Assembly (NCBI GenBank): GCA_963813305.1
Contig: CAWEYP010000012.1
Location: 11,601 to 75,600 of the forward strand
DNA length: 64,000 nt
Source: an uncultured Chloroflexia bacterium
GTDB lineage: Bacteria > Chloroflexota > Limnocylindria > Limnocylindrales > CSP1-4
Direction of reading: 5' to 3'
In this document: piece by piece, positions 49,322 to 58,969 of the stretch
Layout: each line of letters opens with the position of its first letter
Position numbering within the stretch: the first letter of the stretch is position 1
The notes under the pieces: model-generated
Database searches by the model: none
What the model saw: only the letters and a program-made list of their open reading frames with translations
What the model was told of the DNA's origin: nothing
Made by a program: the position numbers and the translations under genes

Positions 49322-50494
49322 ATGGCCGCGAAGATCCTCGTCGTCGACGACGACCCCAACGTCCAGCGACTGCTGAGCTACACGCTCAAGCAGGAAGGCT
49401 ATGACGTGGTCGTCGCGTCGGACGGCGCCGAGGGCTTCAAGCTGTGGGGCCAGGAAGACCCCGCGCTGATCCTCCTCGACGTCATGCTTCCCAAGCTGGA
49501 CGGCTACCAGGTGGCCGGCAAGATCCGGGCGGAGGAGGGGAGCGGGTCGCACGTCCCGATCATCATGCTCACCGCCGAGGCCGAGGTCGAGCAGAAGATC
49601 AAGGGCCTGCGGGCGGGCGCCGACGACTACCTGGTCAAGCCGTTCCATCCTGCCGAGCTGCTGGCCCGGATCAAGAGCCTGCTGGCGCGCTTCGCCCCGC
49701 GGGACCTGCTGGTCGGCCGGCCCCCGCTCGGACGCGTCATCGCGTTCTACGGCGCCAAGGGCGGCGTCGGCACGACGACCATCGCCATCAACGTCGCCAT
49801 CGCGCTCCAGCGCGAGCTCGGGCGGCGGGTCTGCCTGGTCGACGGCAACCTGCAGTTCGGCGACCACCGGGTCTTCATGGACCTCGGGCTCGACCGCAAG
49901 AGCATCGTCGACGTCGTGAGCGCCCCGTCCATCGACGCGGACCTCCTGCGGGGCGTCATGGTGGAGCACGACTCGAAGATCGACCTCCTGCTCGCCCCGC
50001 CATCGCCCGAGACCGCCGAGCTCGTGACGAAGGAGCACATGGCCACGATCATCGACGTGCTGCGCGGCATGTACGACTATGTCGTCGTCGACGTCGACAA
50101 GCGCCTCGACGACCTCAACCTCGGCGTCTTCGACGCCGCCGAGCACCTGTACGTCGTGCTGACGGCGGACCTCTCCTGCCTCAAGAACGTGCGCCTGGTG
50201 CTCGAGACGCTTGGCCACATCGGGTACGAGGGCGATCGGATCAAGCTGGTCCTCAACCGGGCCAACGCCTTCACCGGGATCAACGCCAAGACGGCCGAAG
50301 GTGCCCTCAAGCGGCCGATCGACCTCCAGGTGCTCAACGAGTACCGGGGGGCGATCAGCGCCCTGAACTCGGGCGCTCCGGTGATGCTGACGAAGTCGGA
50401 CTCCCCGCTCGGGCGCTCGTTCCACGACATCGCCCGCGCCATCGACAAGACGGCCGCCTCCGCGTCGGCAACCGCGCCCGCCGCGGCGCGCTGA
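49322..50494 (+). CDS. Response-regulator receiver fused to a ParA/MinD-type ATPase (CpaE/TadZ-like), paralog 2
   Basis: Intact 390 aa. The REC domain is canonical (VVDDD, LILLDVMLP, IIMLTA, LVKPF). The Walker A is the atypical FYGAKGGVGTTTIAINVA. Confidence 0.8.
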   Translation: MAAKILVVDDDPNVQRLLSYTLKQEGYDVVVASDGAEGFKLWGQEDPALILLDVMLPKLDGYQVAGKIRAEEGSGSHVPIIMLTAEAEVEQKIKGLRAGADDYLVKPFHPAELLARIKSLLARFAPRDLLVGRPPLGRVIAFYGAKGGVGTTTIAINVAIALQRELGRRVCLVDGNLQFGDHRVFMDLGLDRKSIVDVVSAPSIDADLLRGVMVEHDSKIDLLLAPPSPETAELVTKEHMATIIDVLRGMYDYVVVDVDKRLDDLNLGVFDAAEHLYVVLTADLSCLKNVRLVLETLGHIGYEGDRIKLVLNRANAFTGINAKTAEGALKRPIDLQVLNEYRGAISALNSGAPVMLTKSDSPLGRSFHDIARAIDKTAASASATAPAAAR

Positions 50495-50593
50495 CGCCCG
50501 GGCGTCCCCGGCGCCGGGGAGCGCCCCCGCCGTCCTGGCGCGTCGATGAGCCGCGGGCAAGCGGCAGATAAGCGGCCGATGAGCGCCCCGGCC

Positions 50594-50599
50594 TACCGT
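50594..50599 (+). promoter_or_regulatory. -10-like hexamer TACCGT, 7 nt upstream of ATG 50607 (leaderless candidate)
   Basis: gccTACCGTgcggcgcATG. Confidence 0.35.
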
Positions 50600-50606
50600 G
50601 CGGCGC

Positions 50607-52163
50607 ATGCTCGCAAGCGTCCTTGCCGCCACGCTCCACGGCCTCGACGGGCGACCCGTCCGGGTGGAGGTCGACGTCGCGCCCGGGTTGCCGGGCTTCA
50701 CGATCGTGGGGCTGGCGGACGCTGCCCTGCGGGAGGCCCGCGAGCGGGTTCGCGGCGCCCTCCGCAACAGCGGCTTCGTCCATCCGCCTCGACGCATCAC
50801 CGTCAACCTCGCCCCGGCGGACGTCCCGAAGGCCGGCTCTGCGCTCGACCTCGGCATCGCGATCGCCATCCTCGTCGGCTCCGAGCAGGTGCGTCCCCGC
50901 GGGACCTGGGCTCTTCTCGGTGAGCTCGGGCTCGGCGGCGAGGTCCGCCGCGTCCCGGGGCTCCTGCCGATGGTCGCGGCGCTGGCCCGCCGCGGGGCCG
51001 GCCGGGTGGTCGTGCCCGAAGCCTCGGTCGCGGAGGCCCGCCTCGTCGCCGGAATCGAGGTCGTCGGCGTCGCCACGCTGGCCGAGGCCGCCGACGTCCT
51101 GCGTGGGCGCCGGGTCGGAGGGCACCGGCCGGGACAGCGCACGGAGATGGTCCCCGAGGAGGTGTCGACGCCGCCCCGGGGCGACGCGCCGGCCGACCAC
51201 CCCGACCTCGCGGAGGTGCGGGGCCTGCTCGAGGCGCGCCGCGCGCTCGAGATCGCCCTTGCCGGCGGCCACGGGCTGGTGCTCATCGGTCCACCGGGCT
51301 CGGGCAAGACGATGCTGGCCTCGACGATCCCGGGGATCCTGCCGCCGCTGGACGACGCCGAGGCGCGGGAGGCGACGGTCGTCGCGTCGGTGGCCGGCAC
51401 CGGGCCCGTCGACGGGCTGGTCCGGCGTCGCCCGTTCCGGGCGCCGCACCACACCGCGTCGTATGCGGCGCTCGTCGGCGGTGGCCCGCGCATGACGCCC
51501 GGCGAAGTCACCCTGGCGCACCATGGGGTGCTCTTCCTCGACGAGCTGCCCGAGTTCGATCGTACCTCGCTCGAGGCGCTCCGCCAGCCGCTGGAGGAGG
51601 GGCGCATCAGCGTCGCCCGCGTGGGGCGGGCCGTCGACTTCCCGGCGCGGTTCCAGCTCGTCGCGGCGATGAATCCCTGCCCCTGCGGGTGGGACGGCGA
51701 TCCGGCGGACCGCTGCAGGTGCCCGGCTGGACTTGCCGAACGCTACCGAGGGCGCATCTCCGGGCCCCTTCGCGACCGGATCGACCTGTGGGTCGGCGTC
51801 CCGCGCCTCGCACCGCGGGAGATGCTCCGCTCCGCGGACCCGGAATCGTCGGCTCGCGTCGGCGCGCGGGTCGCGACGGCCCGGGCGCGCCAGATCGCCT
51901 CCCGTGGCCGCCTCAATGGGCGCCTGCGGGGCCGCGCGCTCCGCGACGCGGCGGGGCTCGACGAGCGGGCCGAGCGTCGGGCGATCGCCCTGGCGGATTC
52001 CGCGGGCATGACGGCCCGCGCCACCGAGCGCCTCGTCCGCGTGGCCCGCACGATCGCCGACCTCGCCGCCGAGGACCGCGTGGCCTCCCCGCACCTCGAG
52101 GAAGCAGCCCGGTACCGGCCGCCGGCGACGGATCGGGCCGTCGTCGCCCGCGGAGCCGCCTGA
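50607..52163 (+). CDS. comM: Mg-chelatase-like AAA+ protein ComM/YifB
   Basis: The N-terminus is MLASVLAATLHGLDG...VEVDV. Motifs are LIGPPGSGKTMLA and GVLFLDELPEF, plus a Cys-rich insert CPCGW...CRC. Confidence 0.9.
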   Translation: MLASVLAATLHGLDGRPVRVEVDVAPGLPGFTIVGLADAALREARERVRGALRNSGFVHPPRRITVNLAPADVPKAGSALDLGIAIAILVGSEQVRPRGTWALLGELGLGGEVRRVPGLLPMVAALARRGAGRVVVPEASVAEARLVAGIEVVGVATLAEAADVLRGRRVGGHRPGQRTEMVPEEVSTPPRGDAPADHPDLAEVRGLLEARRALEIALAGGHGLVLIGPPGSGKTMLASTIPGILPPLDDAEAREATVVASVAGTGPVDGLVRRRPFRAPHHTASYAALVGGGPRMTPGEVTLAHHGVLFLDELPEFDRTSLEALRQPLEEGRISVARVGRAVDFPARFQLVAAMNPCPCGWDGDPADRCRCPAGLAERYRGRISGPLRDRIDLWVGVPRLAPREMLRSADPESSARVGARVATARARQIASRGRLNGRLRGRALRDAAGLDERAERRAIALADSAGMTARATERLVRVARTIADLAAEDRVASPHLEEAARYRPPATDRAVVARGAA

Positions 52164-52164
52164 C

Positions 52165-53523
52165 GTGCTGGGCGTCGGACGGTCGGGCCCGCTCGGCGGA
52201 TCGCCGGTCGCGGCCGGCGGAGCGCGGGCATCCCACGATGAAGACGGGGCGTCGCGGAGCAGGGATGCGGCGCCCAGGACCCCCGTCGAGCCGTCTGCGG
52301 GTCGCCGCGCGACGCCGAGTGGTGCGCTTTCCGAGCGCGACGCCTGGATCGTGCTCGCCTCCGTGGAGGGAATCGGACCGGTGACCTTCGGGGCGCTGCT
52401 GCGGGCGGTCGGCAGCGCCCGCGGCATCATGGCGGCGGCGGGCGGCCGGGCGGGGGCGAGGCGAATCGCGGCCGCGGCCGCCGCCGAGGGTCTTCGCGTG
52501 TCGCCGGAGCTTGCCGCGGCCATCGTCGCCGGCCGCGACGACGCACCGGCCCTCCTGGCGCGGCTCGGCGCGTTGGGGGTGCGGGCCGTGACGGCCGACG
52601 AGGACGCCTATCCGGCCCGCCTGCGCGGGATCGAGCTCCCGCCGCCGGTCCTCTTTGTCCGGGGGAGGCTGGAGGCGCTGGCGGCCGATCGGGCCGTTGC
52701 CATCGTCGGGACGCGGCGGCCCACGGATGACGGGCGCCGGGCGGCTTCGCGGATCGCGGCCGCCCTGGCCGCAACGGGGGCGACGGTCGTCTCGGGGTTG
52801 GCGGTCGGCATCGACGGATCCGCCCACGCCGGGGCCCTCGTGGCCGGCGGGACGACGGTGGCCGTGCTGGGCAGCGGCCACGCGCGCCTCTATCCGGCAG
52901 CTCACGCCGAGCTGGCCGGCGAGATCGAGCGCTCCGGCGGGGCCGTCATCGGTGAGCTCCCCCCGGACACCGAGCCGCGGCCCGCCGGGTTTCCGCGGCG
53001 CAACCGGATCATCGCCGGGCTGGCCGACGCGACGATCGTCGTTGAGGCGGGCGAGCGGAGCGGAGCACTCATCACGGCCAGCTGGGCCCTCGAGCAGGGG
53101 CGCACGGTCTTCGCCTGCCCCGGGCCCATCGACCGGTCCCAGTCGGTGGGCTGCAACCGGCTCCTCCGGGACCACCCGGGCGAGGTCCGGGTCGTGGCCG
53201 GGATCGACGAGCTGATCGACGACCTGGGGTTCGGCGTCCCGCTCGCGACCCGGCGCCGGCGCCCGGACCGGAGCGAGGCCGCGGGACCCGACGCGGGAGC
53301 GGTCCTCGCCCGGCTCGGCCCGGCGGAGGCCGCCGTCATCCGGGGTCTCCTCCGCGGGTCCACGACCGCGGACGCCCTGGCCGATTCGGCGGACCTTCCC
53401 GGCGCGACGGTCCTGGCTGTCCTCACGCGCCTCGAGGAGGAAGGCCTCGTGCGCGCCACCTTCGGTCGCTACGGGCTCGCCGGCTCGCTGGCCGGCGTCC
53501 GGGCGGATGGGTCCCTCCCGTGA
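52165..53523 (+). CDS. dprA: DNA-processing protein DprA (Smf)
   Basis: Motifs are AIVGTRRPT, VVSGLAVGIDGSAHAGAL, FPRRNRIIAGLADATIVVEAGERSGAL, and a C-terminal winged-helix-like domain. Confidence 0.85.
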   Translation: MLGVGRSGPLGGSPVAAGGARASHDEDGASRSRDAAPRTPVEPSAGRRATPSGALSERDAWIVLASVEGIGPVTFGALLRAVGSARGIMAAAGGRAGARRIAAAAAAEGLRVSPELAAAIVAGRDDAPALLARLGALGVRAVTADEDAYPARLRGIELPPPVLFVRGRLEALAADRAVAIVGTRRPTDDGRRAASRIAAALAATGATVVSGLAVGIDGSAHAGALVAGGTTVAVLGSGHARLYPAAHAELAGEIERSGGAVIGELPPDTEPRPAGFPRRNRIIAGLADATIVVEAGERSGALITASWALEQGRTVFACPGPIDRSQSVGCNRLLRDHPGEVRVVAGIDELIDDLGFGVPLATRRRRPDRSEAAGPDAGAVLARLGPAEAAVIRGLLRGSTTADALADSADLPGATVLAVLTRLEEEGLVRATFGRYGLAGSLAGVRADGSLP

Positions 53524-53571
53524 CGATCGTCCCGTGGCGACGGCCGCTGCCCGATGCTAGCGTCGGAGGCC

Positions 53572-53879
53572 ATGATCCGCGATGCCGTCATCCACCTCTT
53601 CAACGAGCAGCCGCTGGTGGCGGACCTGCTGGAGACGCCGCTGCCCGGCGACGTCACCCTCGTCTGCACCAACCTGCGCACCATGAACCGCAAGCGTCCG
53701 ATCTTCGTGGATCACAGCGAGTCGACCTTCGTGTTCCCGTACACGCAGATCCGGTTCGTGGAGCTCCCCGCGGGGCAGGGGAGCGGGCCGACGAGCTGCT
53801 CGCCCTCGCCGCGTCCTCCGACGACTCCGAGGAGATCCTGCTCGACGAAGAGCTCCTGCGCCGCGTCCGCGAGCTCTGA
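53572..53879 (+). pseudogene. Small hypothetical protein upstream of topA, one frameshift near 53775
   Basis: It begins MIRDAVIHLFNEQPLVADLLETPLPGDVTLVCTNLRTMNRKRPIFVDHSESTFVFPYTQIRFVEL. The acidic tail ELLALAASSDDSEEILLDEELLRRVREL* is in another frame. Confidence 0.4.
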
Positions 53880-53986
53880 GATCCGGGTCGGGCCGCCCGG
53901 CTCCGTTTCGGCCCCCGATCTCCGTCGCGCGCCCCCGCGGGCGCGGCGGCGAAGCCGCGAGGCGCCGACCGGCCGGACCCCGGTGC

Positions 53987-53992
53987 TAGACT
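53987..53992 (+). promoter_or_regulatory. -10-like hexamer TAGACT, 8 nt upstream of ATG 54001 (leaderless candidate for topA)
   Basis: gtgcTAGACTcgctcgccATG. Confidence 0.45.
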
Positions 53993-54000
53993 CGCTCGCC

Positions 54001-56424
54001 ATGAGTCGAAACCTCGTGATCGTGGAGTCGCCCGCGAAGGCGAAGACGATCGAGCGCTATCTCGGGCCGGGCTATGCCGTGCTCGCCTCCTACGGCCACG
54101 TCCGGGACCTCCCCGAGAACCCGGGCAAGGGCAAGTTCGGCGTCGACGTCGAGCACGGGTTCACGCCCGAGTACGTCATCCCCGACGATCGGACGCGGCG
54201 CCACGTCGGCGCGATCGAGAAGGCGGCCCGCTCGGCCGATCGGATCTTCCTCGCCACCGACCTCGACCGCGAGGGCGAGGCGATCGCCTGGCACGTCGCC
54301 GAGGCGGCGTCGCTCCCGGAGGCCAAGCTCTCCCGGGTGACCTTCAGCGAGATCACGGAGTCGGCGATCAGGGCAGCCTTCGCCAACCCCCGCGCCATCA
54401 ACCGCGACCTCGTCGACGCGCAGCAGGCGCGCCGCATCGTCGATCGGCTCGTCGGCTACACGCTGAGCCCCCTCATCTCGCGCAAGGTCCGCTCCGGGCT
54501 CTCGGCCGGCCGGGTCCAGTCGGTCGCGGTCCGCCTCGTGGTGGAGCGGGAGCGCGAGATCCGCGCCTTCGTCGCCCGCGAGTACTGGACGATCGAGACG
54601 ACGCTCCTGGCCCCGGACGGCACGCCGTTCGGGGCGGACCTCGTCCGCATCGACGGCGCCAGGCCCGAGATCGGCGACGGCGCGACCGCCGAGGAGCACG
54701 TTCGCGCACTTCGCGCCAGCCGGCCCGTCGTGGACGAGGTCGGGACGAAGTTGAGCAAGCGCAGCCCGGCCCCGCCGTTCACGACGTCGACCCTGCAGCA
54801 GGAGGCGAGCCGCAAGCTCGGCTTCAGCCCGAAGCGCACGATGTCGGTCGCCCAGCGCCTCTACGAGGGGGTCCAGACGCCCGACGGGCAGGTCGGGCTC
54901 ATCACCTACATGCGGACCGACTCGGTGGCGCTGTCGGGCCAGGCGCTCGGCGAGGCCCGCGAGGTGATCGCCGCCCGCTACGGGACGGCCTACACGATGC
55001 CCCAGGGGCGGGTCTACCGGACGAAGTCGCGCAGCGCCCAGGAGGCGCACGAGGCGATCCGGCCGACCTCGTTTGCCCGGGAGCCCGAGGAACTCGCGCC
55101 CCACCTTGGCCGCGACGAGGCGCGCCTCTATCGCCTCATCTGGCAGCGGGCCCTGGCCAGCCAGATGAAGGAGAAGGAGCTCGAGACGACGACGGTCGAC
55201 CTGGCCGCCGGCGCGTACGGCCTGCGGGCGACCGCGACCAGGACGCTCTTCGACGGCTTCGCCGCGGTCTACACGGAGGGGCGCGACGACGCCGAGGACG
55301 AGGCCGAGCGGACGCTCCCCGCGCTGCACGCCGGCGACGTCACGACGGTGTCGGAGGTCGTCCCGACCCAGCACTTCACCGAGCCGCCGCCCCGCTACAC
55401 GGAGGCGAGCCTGGTCAAGGCCCTCGAGGAGAACGGGATCGGCCGCCCGTCGACGTATGCCGCCACGATCTCCACGATCGTCGATCGCGGGTACGTCGCC
55501 ATCCGGGAGCGGCGTCTCTACCCGGAGCCGGTGGCCGAGATCGTCACCGACCTCCTCGTCGACCACTTCGGCGCGTACGTCGACCTCGAGTTCACGGCAC
55601 GGATGGAGGAGGAGCTCGACGAGGTCGCCCGCGGCGAACGGGCCTGGGTGCCGCTCCTGGAGGCCTTCTACGAGCCGCTCCGGGTGCTGGTCGAGACGAA
55701 GCGGCGCGAGCTCCGCCGCGCCGACTTCACGACCGAGGCGACGGACGAGGTCTGCTCGCTGGGCCACCCGATGGTGATCCGGCTCGGGCGCAACGGCCGC
55801 TTCCTCGCCTGCAGCCTCTTCCCCGAGCACAAGGAGTCGCGGCCGCTGCCCGGCGAGGAGCCGGAGACGCCGGCCCTGCCCGGCATCGGCGAGGCCTGCC
55901 CGACCTGCGGCGAGACCGACGGCGGGGAGCTCGTCGCCAAGCGCGGCCGGTTCGGGCCGTTCGTCGGCTGCAATCGCTACCCGGACTGCAGCTACATCAA
56001 GAAGGATGGCCCGCCGCCGCCCGCCCAGCTGCCGTTCGAGGCGGCCTGTCCCACGTGCCAGAAGGGCCACCTCGTGGCGCGCCGGGCTCGGCGCGACGGA
56101 TCGGTCTTCTGGGGCTGCTCGCGCTACCCGACCTGCCGCTACACGACCTCGCGCGAGCCACTGGGCCCGGTCCACGACGCGGATGGAGCGCCGCTCAGCC
56201 GGGTCGACGACGACGCCGCCCTGTGCCTGGCGTGCGGGGCGACCGTCCCGCTCGCGGGCGAATCCATCGAGCCGGGCCGCCGGATCGCCGGAGGGACGCC
56301 GAACCCGGCCGCTCTCGCCCGGCCCGCGCGGGGGCGTGCCGGCGGGCGCGGGAAGGCTGTCGCCGGCTCGGATCGACCACGCCGGACGAGGCCCTCGCGG
56401 GCCAAGGCGGCGCGCCCGGCGTGA
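54001..56424 (+). CDS. topA: DNA topoisomerase I (type IA)
   Basis: The N-terminus is LVIVESPAKAKTIERYLG. The TOPRIM motif is LATDLDREGEAIAWH, and the catalytic Tyr is in ITYMRTDS. C-terminal zinc ribbons include CPTCG...CNRYPDC and CPTC...CSRYPTC. Intact 807 aa. Confidence 0.95.
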   Translation: MSRNLVIVESPAKAKTIERYLGPGYAVLASYGHVRDLPENPGKGKFGVDVEHGFTPEYVIPDDRTRRHVGAIEKAARSADRIFLATDLDREGEAIAWHVAEAASLPEAKLSRVTFSEITESAIRAAFANPRAINRDLVDAQQARRIVDRLVGYTLSPLISRKVRSGLSAGRVQSVAVRLVVEREREIRAFVAREYWTIETTLLAPDGTPFGADLVRIDGARPEIGDGATAEEHVRALRASRPVVDEVGTKLSKRSPAPPFTTSTLQQEASRKLGFSPKRTMSVAQRLYEGVQTPDGQVGLITYMRTDSVALSGQALGEAREVIAARYGTAYTMPQGRVYRTKSRSAQEAHEAIRPTSFAREPEELAPHLGRDEARLYRLIWQRALASQMKEKELETTTVDLAAGAYGLRATATRTLFDGFAAVYTEGRDDAEDEAERTLPALHAGDVTTVSEVVPTQHFTEPPPRYTEASLVKALEENGIGRPSTYAATISTIVDRGYVAIRERRLYPEPVAEIVTDLLVDHFGAYVDLEFTARMEEELDEVARGERAWVPLLEAFYEPLRVLVETKRRELRRADFTTEATDEVCSLGHPMVIRLGRNGRFLACSLFPEHKESRPLPGEEPETPALPGIGEACPTCGETDGGELVAKRGRFGPFVGCNRYPDCSYIKKDGPPPPAQLPFEAACPTCQKGHLVARRARRDGSVFWGCSRYPTCRYTTSREPLGPVHDADGAPLSRVDDDAALCLACGATVPLAGESIEPGRRIAGGTPNPAALARPARGRAGGRGKAVAGSDRPRRTRPSRAKAARPA

Positions 56425-57398
56425 ACGGCGAGGACGCGCTCGAGCGGTTCCTGGCGAGCCTCGCCGCCCGCGACGCCTCCCCGCACACCCGACGGGCCTA
56501 CGCCACGGCCGTCTCTGCGTACCTGGCCTGGCTCGACGCCGCCGGGATCGACTGGCGGGCGCCCGATCGAGTCTCGCTCCGGGCGTACCTTGCCGAGCTG
56601 TCCGAGGGGCACGCCCGCACGACCGTGGCGCAGCGCCTCGCGGCGATCCGCTCGTTCCACCGCTGGGCGCGACGGACGGGCCTCGCGGCGAGCGACCCCT
56701 GGGCGGCTCTCGCGTCGCCGCGCCGGCCCCGCCGGCTGCCGGCCGTCCTAGCCCGTGACGAGGTGGAGCGGCTCCTGGACGCAGCGGCGGCGGAGCCGGT
56801 TGCGTCGGGGGCCCGGGCAGATGATGGCGCGAGGACCGCGCTCACCGCGCTGCGCCACGCCCTCGCCCTGCGCGACGTCGCGCTCGTCGAGACGGCCTAT
56901 GCGGCCGGCCTCCGGATCTCCGAGCTGGCGGCGGCGCGCCTGGGCTCCCTGGACCTGGCGCGGGGCGAGATCCGCGTCGCCGGCAAGGGCCGCAAGGAGC
57001 GGGTCAGCCTCCTCGGGCGTCCGGCTCGGGCAGCCCTCGCGCGCTACCTTGCCGACGGGCGGCCCGTTCTGCTCGCGCAGGGAGACGCCGACCCGCGGCG
57101 AGCGGACGCCGTGTTCGTCAACCATCGCGGGGCGCCCCTCGGGGCCCGCGGGATCCGGTATCGCCTCCACCGTGCCGGCGTCCGGGCCGGCCTTCCCGAC
57201 GACGCCTCGCCGCACACCCTGCGGCACTCGTTCGCCACGCACTTGCTCGACGGTGGCGCCGACCTGCGCGTCGTCCAGGAGCTGCTGGGCCACGCCGACC
57301 TCGCGACGACCCAGGTCTACACGCACGTCGCCCCGGCGCGGTTGCGGAGCGTCTACCGCCGGGCCCACCCGCGGGCGGGTGGCACGGAGCCGGGGTGA
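56421..57398 (+). CDS. xerC: Tyrosine recombinase XerC/XerD family
   Basis: GTG 56421 overlaps the topA stop (GTGA). Motifs are AGLRISEL, HTLRHSFATHLL and LLGHADLATTQVYTHV (the R-H-R-Y set). Confidence 0.9.
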   Translation: MNGEDALERFLASLAARDASPHTRRAYATAVSAYLAWLDAAGIDWRAPDRVSLRAYLAELSEGHARTTVAQRLAAIRSFHRWARRTGLAASDPWAALASPRRPRRLPAVLARDEVERLLDAAAAEPVASGARADDGARTALTALRHALALRDVALVETAYAAGLRISELAAARLGSLDLARGEIRVAGKGRKERVSLLGRPARAALARYLADGRPVLLAQGDADPRRADAVFVNHRGAPLGARGIRYRLHRAGVRAGLPDDASPHTLRHSFATHLLDGGADLRVVQELLGHADLATTQVYTHVAPARLRSVYRRAHPRAGGTEPG

Positions 57399-58969
57399 GC
57401 GGCACCGCGCGCGACCTGGCGCGGGCTGGCATGGTCGTGACCAGCGCGCTCTTCGTGTCCCGCATCCTCGGCTGGGTGCGGGTGGCGGTGATCGCGGCGA
57501 GCCTGGGCATCGGGCGCGAGCTCGACATCTACACGGCGGCGTTCCGGATCCCCGACTTCCTCTTCCAGCTCGTCGCGGCGGGCGCCCTCGCCTCGGCCGT
57601 CATCCCGACGATCGCGGCCCTGGTCACCTCCGGGGAGCGCGACCGGGCCTGGCGCGTCGTCTCGACGATCGCGAACCTGCTGATGGTCTCGCTGGCCGTG
57701 CTCGCGATGGTCACCTTCGCGCTGGCGCCGCAGCTGGCGCCGCTGATCGCACCGGGCTTCGGGCCCGCGGAGACCGAGCGTCTCGTCGAGCTGACCCGGA
57801 TCCTGCTCCTCGCCCCGATCTTCCTGGCCCTGTCCGCGGTCGCCACCAGCATCCTGAACTCGGCCGGGCGCTTCGCGGCGTCGGTCGTCGCGCCGATCGC
57901 CTACAACCTGGTCGTGATCGCGGCCGCGATCGTGCTCGTCCCGCGCTTCGGGCTCGCCGGGCTTGCCTGGGGGACCGTCGCCGCCGCGGTCGCGACGCTC
58001 CTGGTCCAGGTCGGGCCGGTCTTCCGGCAGGTCGGCTTCCGCTACACGCCGCGCATCAACCTGCGCGATGCCGAAGCGCGCCGGACGCTGGTGCTGCTGG
58101 GTCCCCGGGCGATCGGCATGGCCGGCAGCCAGCTGACCCTGGTGCTCCTGACGGTCCTCGGGTCCACGCTCGAGCCCGGGGCGATCGGGGCCTTCGGCCT
58201 GGCCTTCGTCATCTTCCAGATCCCGCTTGGGACGATCGCGTACCCTCTGGGCATCGTCGCCCTGCCGGCGCTCTCCAACCGGGTGGCCGCCGGCGAGATC
58301 GACGAGTACGTCGCGCTCGTGACCCGGGCCCTCCGCCTGCTCGGCTTCGCCATGATCCCGATCGCCTGCATCGCGGCCGGCGTGGGGCTCCAGGTCGTCG
58401 ACCTCGTCGTCGACTTCGGGCGCGTCGAGGACAGCGGCGTCGCCCTGACCGGCGCCGCCTTCCTGGGGTTCCTCGGCGCGCTCCCGTCGGAGGCCATGAT
58501 CATCGTCCTCTCCCGCGCCTTCTTCGCCGCCCGCAACACGTGGATCCCGGTCGGTGCCGCGCTCGTGTCGGTCGTCGTCGCCGTCGGGACCGCGGCCCTG
58601 CTCATCGACCCGCTGGGCATCTTCGGGCTCGCCCTCGGCGTGACCGTCGCGTCCTGGGTGGAGGCGATCCTGCTGCTGGCGGCGTTCCGGTTCCGGCACG
58701 CCGGGTTCGGGCTGCTGCGCCTGGGGCGCGCGCACCTCTGGTACCTGGGCGCCGCGGTCGCCGCCGGGTTCGTCGCCGACCGGGCCTACGATCTCGTCGC
58801 CGGCGGGCTGCCGCCGGATCCCCCGGCCATCGAGGCCGTGCTGGGGCTGGCCTTCGCCGGGGCAGCCGGCCTGGCCGTCTACGTCGCCCTCGCGGCGCTG
58901 CTGCGCGTGCCCGAGCTCGGGGCGATCGTGCGCCTCGTCCGGGCGGGCCTGCGGCGGAGCGCGGCATGA
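57395..58969 (+). CDS. murJ: Lipid II flippase MurJ (MviN)
   Basis: GTG 57395 overlaps the xerC stop. The N-terminus ALFVSRILGWVRVAVIAASLG...YTAAFRIPDFLF is typical, and the protein is polytopic (524 aa). Confidence 0.9.
   Translation: MSGTARDLARAGMVVTSALFVSRILGWVRVAVIAASLGIGRELDIYTAAFRIPDFLFQLVAAGALASAVIPTIAALVTSGERDRAWRVVSTIANLLMVSLAVLAMVTFALAPQLAPLIAPGFGPAETERLVELTRILLLAPIFLALSAVATSILNSAGRFAASVVAPIAYNLVVIAAAIVLVPRFGLAGLAWGTVAAAVATLLVQVGPVFRQVGFRYTPRINLRDAEARRTLVLLGPRAIGMAGSQLTLVLLTVLGSTLEPGAIGAFGLAFVIFQIPLGTIAYPLGIVALPALSNRVAAGEIDEYVALVTRALRLLGFAMIPIACIAAGVGLQVVDLVVDFGRVEDSGVALTGAAFLGFLGALPSEAMIIVLSRAFFAARNTWIPVGAALVSVVVAVGTAALLIDPLGIFGLALGVTVASWVEAILLLAAFRFRHAGFGLLRLGRAHLWYLGAAVAAGFVADRAYDLVAGGLPPDPPAIEAVLGLAFAGAAGLAVYVALAALLRVPELGAIVRLVRAGLRRSAA

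Noticed and set aside
53554-56424. A 956-aa topoisomerase with a 150-residue N-terminal extension.
   Set aside because: TopA family proteins begin at the TOPRIM strand LVIVESPAKAKT. ATG 54001 is preceded by a TAGACT hexamer. The upstream part is a separate small gene whose tail lies in another frame.
56421-57398. The tyrosine recombinase as the integrase of a mobile element.
   Set aside because: It has XerC/D-type motifs and sits in the conserved dprA, topA, xerC context. It is translationally coupled on both sides, and there is no flanking att-like repeat, tRNA target or phage/plasmid gene.
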